Positions 10,030 to 17,094 of a stretch of DNA of 22,572 nt are shown here, one piece after another. The DNA comes from Spirogloea muscicola. Lineage: Eukaryota. The stretch lies in NCBI GenBank assembly GCA_009602725.1, contig WELB01000026.1:962185-984756 (forward strand), read 5' to 3'. Both the position numbers and the translations under genes were made by a program. Positions within the stretch are counted from its first letter, which is position 1. Every line of letters begins with the position of its first letter. The notes under the pieces were generated by a model. That model searched no databases and was not told the DNA's origin. It worked only from the letters and a program-made list of their open reading frames with translations.

Positions 10030-10295
10030 TACACCCTCGACCAGACCACAGAGGCCAGCGTGCTCTAAGTTAGTCCCTGCCACCGGCTTCCGTGGCGGCG
10101 GCTCCCCAGGTTAGCCTGTCGGATCTATATGTGCTCATCCGTGCGTACTAACGTCACGCTGTTGTTTTTAGCCACCTGAGCATACTGCTACGACTTATGA
10201 AGCCCCCATTTTTGCACTAGCTTCTGCCTGGACGGTGTACGGGCTATAATTGGCCAAACCCTTTCATTTGATGCGAACGGCGGGCCTTCTATCTC
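10030..10295 (+). mobile_element. RLE retroelement 3' end, type-B
   Basis: RGQRALS*SLPPASVAAAPQVSLSDLYVLIRAY* (stop 10149-10151). The UTR is homologous to 8407-8545, with GGCTATAATTGGCC at 10242-10255. Confidence 0.7.
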
Positions 10296-10498
10296 GTGGC
10301 CCCACTACGCCCGCCTTTTCCAAATAAAGCGCGGGAAGCCGGTGCTGATGATTGAGGGCGGCTCGGCCCCAGAGCGCAGCTCCCGGCGCTCCCGCTCCCT
10401 GCGCCGCTAACCCCGCCGCCCCCTGCTCAATCTCCCTCAATCAATGCACACTCCATTGCTGGCGGGCGCTGGGTGGGCACCCGCCCGCCGCCGCTGCC

Positions 10499-11050
10499 AT
10501 GGCGTCCCATGGCTCCTCCAAGCCTGGTCCTGGCGAGCCCAGCGCTGACGTGCTGTCTGCCGATGATATTCGTATCATCGCCACCGGACAGCCGGCAACG
10601 GCAGACGCTCTCCACCACGAGGCCATTGCTGCGCTGCCGCAGTCCTGGGGGGCCTGCACCTCACAGTACCCTAGCGTCACTGGGAGCCTTCTAAGCTCGG
10701 CCCTCCAACCTACTCCCTCAGCACTTGGCACTCACGTCGATGCAATACCCTGGTCAGAGAGGAGAACTGTGAGCAAGCTGTCTACGTCCGTGAGTCTGGA
10801 CAACTCATCCACGGGGCTTGGTGATACTATGCACAATGAGTACGCAAAGGAGCAGCATGCCCTGTTGACAGCTTCAGTGCGTGTGCAGGGCGGACAAAGC
10901 CAGAAGCATCACCGACTGCCGCCGCAGAGGCAGAATCTTGGAGGGGAAGACCATCTCCTAACAACACACACAGTTGCAGCTGGCTGGTACTTGGCCACAT
11001 GGCCTATACATGCCACGTCATTCTATATTGAGTCACTTTTTCTTGTATGA
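10499..11050 (+). CDS. Hypothetical protein (orphan ORF, possibly the first exon of a longer gene)
   Basis: ATG in strong context (GCCGCTGCCATGGCG) opens 183 codons with no recognisable domain. Confidence 0.35.
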   Translation: MASHGSSKPGPGEPSADVLSADDIRIIATGQPATADALHHEAIAALPQSWGACTSQYPSVTGSLLSSALQPTPSALGTHVDAIPWSERRTVSKLSTSVSLDNSSTGLGDTMHNEYAKEQHALLTASVRVQGGQSQKHHRLPPQRQNLGGEDHLLTTHTVAAGWYLATWPIHATSFYIESLFLV

Positions 11051-11174
11051 GTACATCTAATTCCTGGTCTGGTGGGGCATAGCAGCAGTGGCTCAGAACG
11101 AGGCACACTGCGCTTGACCTACTCGCGACCAGTCTACGACCTAGGGAATAAGTAGGAGAGGCACGTTTCTCTGG

Positions 11175-12959
11175 CTATTCATACACTCTCTTCGGCGAAG
11201 GATCTTGCGCCTTGGCTAGGGACTCGCTTACTATCTGGCTACGCTTTTCTATGCTGGTCTGTAGCGTCTGGATGATCAGCGCCTCCTCTGCTGCCTCCAG
11301 TTCGTCCAATATTCTAAGGTCTCCGCCCATGTCGTCATCCTCAAAGCTGAGGCGCCTTGCCTCGCCCAAGCCCTGTGTGTTTGCACTGCTGCTGCCACCT
11401 CCGTGGGCCTGGCCGCCAGGGCTCCTCGACCTCAAAAAAAGAGACCAGGCAGACACTGGCGAGGGAATCCTCCTGGGCGGAGCCAAAGAGTGGTCACTAC
11501 CTGGAGAGAACACTGAGAGGGAGCCGCTGCCTGGCGCAGACAAGTGCTGTGGTGAGAGGCTCGGTGAGCTCGTTGTAGCGCACGAGGAGGCATCACTAAC
11601 TGATGATGAGCAGCTCGTGCTATTGCCCAGGCTGAAGTTTGTCTCGGACGGCCTGAATATGCCCGTCAATGATCCTAGGGCTTGCCTCTTGGAGAAGGAC
11701 AATGCCTCAGGAAGGGACCTCCTCAGCCTCCAGTGGTCCGAGACACTGGAGGACGACTGCACATTCGCAGTAAGAGCCACGGGCAAGGCGTTGCGCTCGA
11801 TGACTCCTTCCTGGAGGACGACCTTGCCCTTCTGTAGGACATGTAAGGAGCACTTGGGAGATCTGTTTGAAGCACAGTACTCCACCGTTTGCCCAGGACG
11901 CCTGCATTACACAGGCAGCATGAATAGAGAACTTGATCAGCAATGCTATGCTCCATCCGTCTCCGTAGGATCACATCGCGGGAAGGATGGCCAGCTGATG
12001 AAGTGGGGCTGTGGACAATGCGGCCTGTATAGATTGCATGACAGCTGTAGAGCTGATGGACCTTCCACCTACTCCACATCAGACGCTTGCAAGGGCCTAC
12101 CGGAGAAATCTGCTTGGCGACTGGCTCAATATCAAGCTGGTGGCTCCAAGAGAGTTGGCCGCCTTGGTGATGCCCTTGCCTTCGCAGTCGTTTTTTGCTA
12201 CTCGGACTCTGACAGTCACCTGGCAAGGCTTGAGACCCGCATCAGATCGGAAGCAATCATGCACGCCAGGCACGATGCAGACGATGCTACATTGCAGTTG
12301 CACACGAGCTTGACCTGTCATGCTACTGGTAAGAAAGAGCCGAGGCTGTATGTAGGCCAGGCACCGGCACGAGCTCAGCAAGATGGGGTGAAGCCCGGCA
12401 CCTTGTAGGGGTCGCACATTGCCTTGTATTTCTCCATGAGCGGGGTGACGACCGACAACAGGTGCTGGCTGAGTTCCAAGCCATTGACCTGGCTGACGAC
12501 TTGCCGGCTCCCATCTGCAACACAAGCCTTGTGAGCCCAGAAACTGGAAGAGAGCAGCCCTCGGACAGTCCTGGCAAGCCAGCCAGGGGCACTTTCTGGG
12601 TCCAGAATGCCAGTGTGGCCGTCGACACGACAGCAAGACAAAGGTAGTGGCAAATGTAGATGGCGCGCAGCTCTCGTCGCTGCTCATGTCGGCGCCAGCC
12701 AGCATCGTGGGCGTCGACTTTGGTGCAGGGCTCGGCAAGCAGGCGCATCGGCAAGGCGGCCAGGGCTGGAGGCAGCGGGTCGGGCCCTCTCACCGGGGTT
12801 GGGAAGGGAGGTGACGATGTGGAGAAGGTAGAGGGAGCTGCCGGGGTGGTAGAGGCTGGCGAGCGCGTAGCGCACGAGCTCCGCGCCGGCCTCGGCGTCC
12901 TCGGTGACGGCGACGACGAGGTTGTCGCCGCTCCAGCCGCCGCCGGGAGGCGCGGCCAT
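11175..12959 (-). CDS. USP-like domain protein with Ser/Pro-rich tail, paralogue B (~374 aa)
   Basis: Exons 12959-12794, 12514-12402, 12219-12101, 11901-11175. Motifs NLVVAVTED..LVRYAL..PGSSLYLLHIV, RVAKND..GITKAANSLGATSLIL, VEYCASNRSPKCSLHVLQKGK. Internal exon lengths (113, 119 nt) and phases equal those of paralogue A. Confidence 0.78.
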
Positions 12960-13789
12960 GCGGCGCACGGCCCGCGCAGCGGCGGCCGCCCCCGGGCCGG
13001 GCCGTGTCCGACGGGGGGAGGGGGGCCAGCGGCGGGGGCGAGAGCCCCAGATGGCGCGAGGGGCGGGGCGGTCTCTTGCAAACGAGANTAATTTGGGGGG
13101 GGGTTGGGGGGAGGTGGCGGGCCGGCCGGCGGCCCTTACAGGCGAGTCCACCCCCCACCGTCCCTCGCTCAGCCGCCATAGCCGGGCTGGGGGGCAGGCA
13201 TCCTCCCCCCTCCCTCCCCGCTGGCTGGCCGCCGCTCAAGGTGCCGGCTCGCCGCAGGGGAGGGCTCGGGGGGAAGGGAGGGGCCGGGGCTTGGGCTCCC
13301 ATCAAACGCGGGCGGGAGGGGCCCACCGCAGTTCCCCGCCTTTTCCCTCCGAGCTGTGCTTTTCTGGAGGTCGGGGGGACGGGCCGTCCTCTGCCGGATT
13401 GCCTCGCCGCTGCGGCCGGGCGCAGAGGCGAGCAGCGCAGGGGCGCCCCGCAGAGGAGCCCGCGCACGTGGCGGGCGAGGCCCACCCGACGGCGCCGGCC
13501 CGGGCGGGGGCCCGCGCGCCAATTTTGGGCACCCGGGCGCGAAGGGCCCGGGTGGGGCCGCCCTCGTGGCGACTCGCAAACCGTGTGATGCTGCCGATCG
13601 ATCCGCCGCTGAAGGGGCCGGGCCCCACCACGCGCCGCCAACTTGGCGGACGGCCCTGCGGCGTCGAGCCCCCCTCAAACACATCTCCGTGTGGCTTGTC
13701 GGAGGTGACTGACGGGACCGCGCGAGAAGTAGCCGCTCATCCAAATGGGGGCGATGACCGAAAGGCGCGAGGAAAGAAACAGCAACCCG

Positions 13790-14192
13790 ACACAAGGCGA
13801 GAGAAGCAGTATCAGCAGAGGGCAACTGCTTGTAAATGGCCGGCCTGGACGACATGGGCTAGGTTCTAAGGGTCAGGAAAGCGCGAGCAGTGGGTGTGAC
13901 TTTCTCTTACCTGAGGCACAATGGCGGCGTATGTCCACCACAGCCATCGGCCTCGGAAGAGCCACCACCGCAGCGCACCGCAGCCACTGCGGCGGTACAC
14001 TCCTTTGGGCTGGCCTCTCACAGCCATTGCCTTCAACTGGAAGTGCTGATTCATTGTGCGAGGGCCTGGGCCAGCGGCGGCGCCTGCGCTGGAGGCGGGG
14101 GGACGGGCTCCGCAGAACGGCGTAGGGCGCTCCTTAGCCCTCCGGCCCCTCCAGACGTTGTCCATTCCTTTGGGCTGGCCTCTCCCAGCCAC
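13790..14192. mobile_element. Cluster of type-A 3'UTR remnants
   Basis: Degenerate minus copy ~13790-13875 resembling 9041-9108. Plus copies with hairpins at 14007-14025 and 14172-14190 (GACGTTGTCCATTCCTTTGGGCTGGCCTCTCCCAGCC). Confidence 0.6.
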
Positions 14193-14389
14193 CAGTTAGT
14201 CTGGCCGTCGCTTGCTGTCTACGCTGACGGTGCGTGGGAGTGTGGCCGCCACCTTTCGGGCGGGCCCAAGCCGCAGCGCGCGGCGGGCCGCAGCCCGACG
14301 CCGCGTGTCAGGGCTGCTGGGCGGCGCACGCCCCCCCCAGGAGGGCCGGCCCGCCGGGACGCCTTGACGGCGGGTGCAACATGTCCGAC

Positions 14390-14458
14390 CTAGCCTGAAC
14401 AGTGTCTCGGCTTAAATTGGCCATCCTTTCATTTCCAGGCGCTTCCTGCGCCTTCCCC
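14390..14458 (+). mobile_element. Type-B 3'UTR remnant
   Basis: GGCTTAAATTGGCCATCCTTTCATTTCCAGGCGC...GCGCCTTCCCC resembles 8618-8670. Confidence 0.6.
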
Positions 14459-14609
14459 AGGCTGCGAGCACGGGACCTCCTCCGAGAGAGGCGGGACGCG
14501 TGCGGGCGCCCCTCCCACGAGGGGCACGCGCGTCGGAGCGCGCGCACCCCGGCGGGCGCTTTGCTGGCAAGTTGGATGGCTGTACCAGACGAGCGCGCGC
14601 GCTTCTAGG

Positions 14610-15175
14610 GACCGTGGCTGAGAGAGGCCGGGCTCAGAAGACAAGGTTTGATCTTCAACCCTAGCAAGATGAAGCAGCTCCTTCAACGAAGTAAAACGCT
14701 TCCAGACCTTAGGTAGGATGAAACCACTCAATAATTACGAGTGAGGAGCCGCACATCCGAAAAACTAGCTGCCGGAAAGTAATCCCCCTGACGAAAGCTA
14801 GAGGCTGCAGCGAGAGCACGGCCATCACGCAGGTGCAAGGCGTGGGCCATGGACCAGCTGAAGGGAAATAGAATGTCGCATGCGGTAGACCTGGAATAAT
14901 GAGCCAGCGGCTTTGAAGTCAGCCTGCTCACCTTGCCTGCGGGACACAGCGCGCTGCGCAAGCCTGGCCAGCAGGTCGAGCCACTGGGACCAGGGAGCCC
15001 CGTGCACATCCACGGCCAGGGGCACGAACTCGTCCCCAGCCGGGTGGTCTGCGTGTTTTGCCGCCTTGCTGCAAGCGGCGTTTGCCGCAGCATGCCCAGC
15101 CTCGAGGCAGAAAGTCCCGGATTGGATCGATCCACCACATCATTGGTAACGACGTCTGCAATGACGTGCGGATAA
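14610..15175 (-). mobile_element. Frameshifted RLE endonuclease domain and 3' end of a non-LTR retrotransposon
   Basis: Joined frames read HVIADVVTND.../AGHAAANAACSKAAKHADHPAGDEFVPLAVDVHGAP...YRMRHSISLQ/SMAHALHLRDGRALAAASS...SFSDVRLLTRNY* (stop 14728-14730). A degenerate type-A hairpin lies at 14616-14634. This matches the D-V...A-x-x-K-x-x-K-(Y/H)...F-x-P-x-A-x-(E/D)-x-x-G...R-x-S-x-x-L-Q pattern of RLE LINEs. Confidence 0.85.
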
Positions 15176-15189
15176 TGATGCTATTCTTT

Positions 15190-15350
15190 CGGGTTTGCGG
15201 CTCCTATTATTGAGTGGTTCATCCTTCCCCAATTCTGAGATAGCGCTTTTGGCCCCTGCGTACTTTGGCCCCTTCAAAATTTGTCAATTCTTTGTTCGGG
15301 CTGGCTTATCACAGCCCTTGCCCCCATCAGGAGTGCCACTTCTCTTCCAG
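15190..15350 (+). mobile_element. RLE retroelement 3' end (LTRNY subfamily remnant) with type-A UTR
   Basis: GCGGCTCCT..ATTATTGAGTGGTTCATCC, then TTGGCCCCTTC..TTGTCAATTCTTTGTTCGGGCTGGCTTATCACAGCCCTTGCCCCCAT. Confidence 0.7.
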
Positions 15351-15648
15351 ACTCCTCCAAAGGACAAAAGAATGGGGCTCTTTCATAAAGGAGGAAAAGG
15401 AGTGGGGATGCAGCGGACAGACGACTTGGATGCTCCCCACAAGAGAGATGGAAGCCGCAAGGTGTGCATAATCGGCGAGCCAATATGCTGCTCATGAAAT
15501 TATAGAGGTAGTGCAGATAGTGGGGCAAGTGAGTGATGGAACCCCCACAATAGGCGCCCAAGAGACGATCAAAGTTGGACGAACCTACTGTAAAGTTTAG
15601 ACATCAGAGTAGGTTGGAGCCATAAGAATTGCTGAAATCGCGCAAGCT

Positions 15649-15737
15649 GCGCCACCTAAATTGGGACTCCGCCGACCCGCGTTAGCGAAAGTTGCGCCAC
15701 CTAAATTGGGGCTTCGCCGACCCGCATTAGCGAAAAA
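15649..15737. repeat. 45-bp tandem duplication downstream of the tRNA
   Basis: GCGCCACCTAAATTGGG(A/G)CT(C/T)CGCCGACCCGC(G/A)TTAGCGAAA starting at 15649 and 15694. Confidence 0.85.
15733..15737 (-). terminator. Probable Pol III terminator (T5) of tRNA-Ser
   Basis: First T-run of 4 or more on the minus strand, about 40 nt after the tRNA 3' end. Confidence 0.5.
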
Positions 15738-15776
15738 CCTCGGCTCCGCTCGGCCGAGTGCAGGAACTTCCCGGCG

Positions 15777-15857
15777 CGTCAGCTGCAGGGTTCGAACCTG
15801 CGCGGCAAATGCCAATAGATTTCAAGTCTATCCCCTTAACCACTCGGGCAAGCTGAC
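15777..15857 (-). tRNA. tRNA-Ser (anticodon TGA), no intron
   Basis: GTCAGCT/AGCTGAC acceptor stem plus G discriminator; D-arm CCC-GAGTGGTTAA-GGG; anticodon arm ATAGA-CTTGAAA-TCTAT; long variable arm GGC-ATTT-GCC; T-arm GCAGG-TTCGAAC-CCTGC. Confidence 0.96.
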
Positions 15858-15887
15858 CACAGTGGCCAGTGTCACGCTCTCAAATCC

Positions 15888-15893
15888 TATATA
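15888..15893 (-). promoter_or_regulatory. TATA-like element upstream of the tRNA
   Basis: TATATA at about -31 to -36 from the mature tRNA 5' end, the position typical of plant-type tRNA genes. Confidence 0.45.
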
Positions 15894-15964
15894 CCGAGAT
15901 GTCAAATACATGTCTACATACAGTGGGACATTACAGTATGTAGAGCTTACAAAGAATGGCGGGC

Positions 15965-16450
15965 CCTGAGAGAAGGGGAATTTCGTGTATTTGAAACAAA
16001 CGAAGGCCAAATGGCCAAGTACAAAGGCAAGCACATCTTAAGACCTACATAACCTACAGTAGTTTGACCCGCTCAGAAACCACGGGTCAAAACATAAAGG
16101 TCGCTAACCGATGCCTGGATACTAGATGGCAGATACGAAGCCCTTCTGCCATCAACTAGAGCTCGCCCAGCTTTCTGGTGCTAAGCATTAGCCTGAGCAC
16201 GCTGCAGACAGGCCGAAACTCGTCCTCGCAACAACGACAGATAAGCCGCTGGCAAGCCCATCTCAGCCGGGAACACATCTGCATGTCGTGTGTAGCCTAG
16301 ATTGGCTATGTTTTGAAGGAGAGTAAGGAAACGAGGACCTAAGCAGCCAAAGGTGTCGATTGCCGCTGGCAAGAGCTGATCACGGGGTAATCGGAGTAGT
16401 GCTGCAACTTTCTTTGTTCAGCACTGCCCACTGCGTGGCCAGCGATGTGT
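15965..16450 (-). mobile_element. Degenerate RLE endonuclease C-terminus and 3'UTR (HQKAGRAL subfamily)
   Basis: AGHAVGSAEQRKLQHYSDYP/DQLLPAAIDTFGCLGPRFLTLL...LRGRVSACLQRAQANA*HQKAGRALVDG...ASVSDLYVLTRGF* (terminal stop 16073-16075); the UTR ends CCCCTTCTCTC. Confidence 0.85.
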
Positions 16451-16464
16451 GTCGATGCTGGATG

Positions 16465-16530
16465 AGAGAAGGGGGGCTAGCGGAACCAGCCCAGAAAAGA
16501 ATGGACAATGTCCGCAGGCCTCGAAGGCTT
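16465..16530 (-). mobile_element. Type-A 3'UTR remnant
   Basis: Reverse complement reads GGACATTGTCCATTCTTTTCTGGGCTGGTTCCGCTAGCCCCCCTTCTCTC. Confidence 0.7.
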
Positions 16531-17094
16531 ACAGGACAACGCGCTTGCCGATTTCCCGAGCTCCCGCCATCCCAACGGATGCTTGCCCGAAACAGCGACC
16601 GATCATTGGTATGTATCATTCATTAATCGAAATGCTGGAATGTGCGCCTTCGTTTCACGTCTGCCCAGCCAGCTGGGGCTGGTTTTGTCCGCAGCCGCAA
16701 TCAAATGTCAACGTGGCAGGCAGCCGGCTCCACCTGCATGGCGCGCATGCCGGCCCAGCGCCCCGCTGCGCAGCACTCGCCTCCCGTCGCCCGCCGTCAC
16801 GCCCGCTCGCCTGAACTCCGCGCTCACGTAACTTGCCCTCCCGCGCGCGCTAACGATGGCTGAAAGTCGCGAGCGGCCACTCGCTAAGGGTACCACCAAA
16901 TGCAGGCCCGTGGCGAGCGGCCACGCGATCCGGTCTAAGCACGTCCACGACAGACGCATGCCGCTCCTTCCAGAGTCATGTAGGCGCTCGGCTGGCCGCC
17001 GAAGCAGTCGTGGCGCCGGCATTGAAGCAGGACGGCCGTCGGCGCACGCCAGTGCTAAGCTGCAACCTGTGCCACTTCAAGCCGCCGCGCAGCG

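Noticed and set aside
11212..12408. 398-aa plus-strand ORF (also 5412-6044)
   Set aside because: These are antisense shadows of the USP-like genes, whose exon structure is supported by paralogy.
12960..13900. Multiple long overlapping ORFs (also 7454-7940)
   Set aside because: Extremely GC-rich 5' flanking DNA gives stop-poor frames of Arg/Gly/Pro/Ala with no domain signal.
14610..15350. Head-to-head minus/plus copies as a single twin-priming 5' inversion
   Set aside because: The minus copy has its own stop codon, UTR and degenerate hairpin (14616-14634), so these look like two independent insertions.
14728..16372. Fanzor/TnpB nuclease fragments
   Set aside because: No RuvC or zinc-finger motifs are visible, and the motifs fit the RLE domain of non-LTR elements.
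441..16492. CRISPR-like array or integron/recombinase sites formed by the recurring hairpin
   Set aside because: Spacing and orientation are irregular, no Cas or recombinase ORF is present, and the motif is explained as a retroelement 3'UTR.
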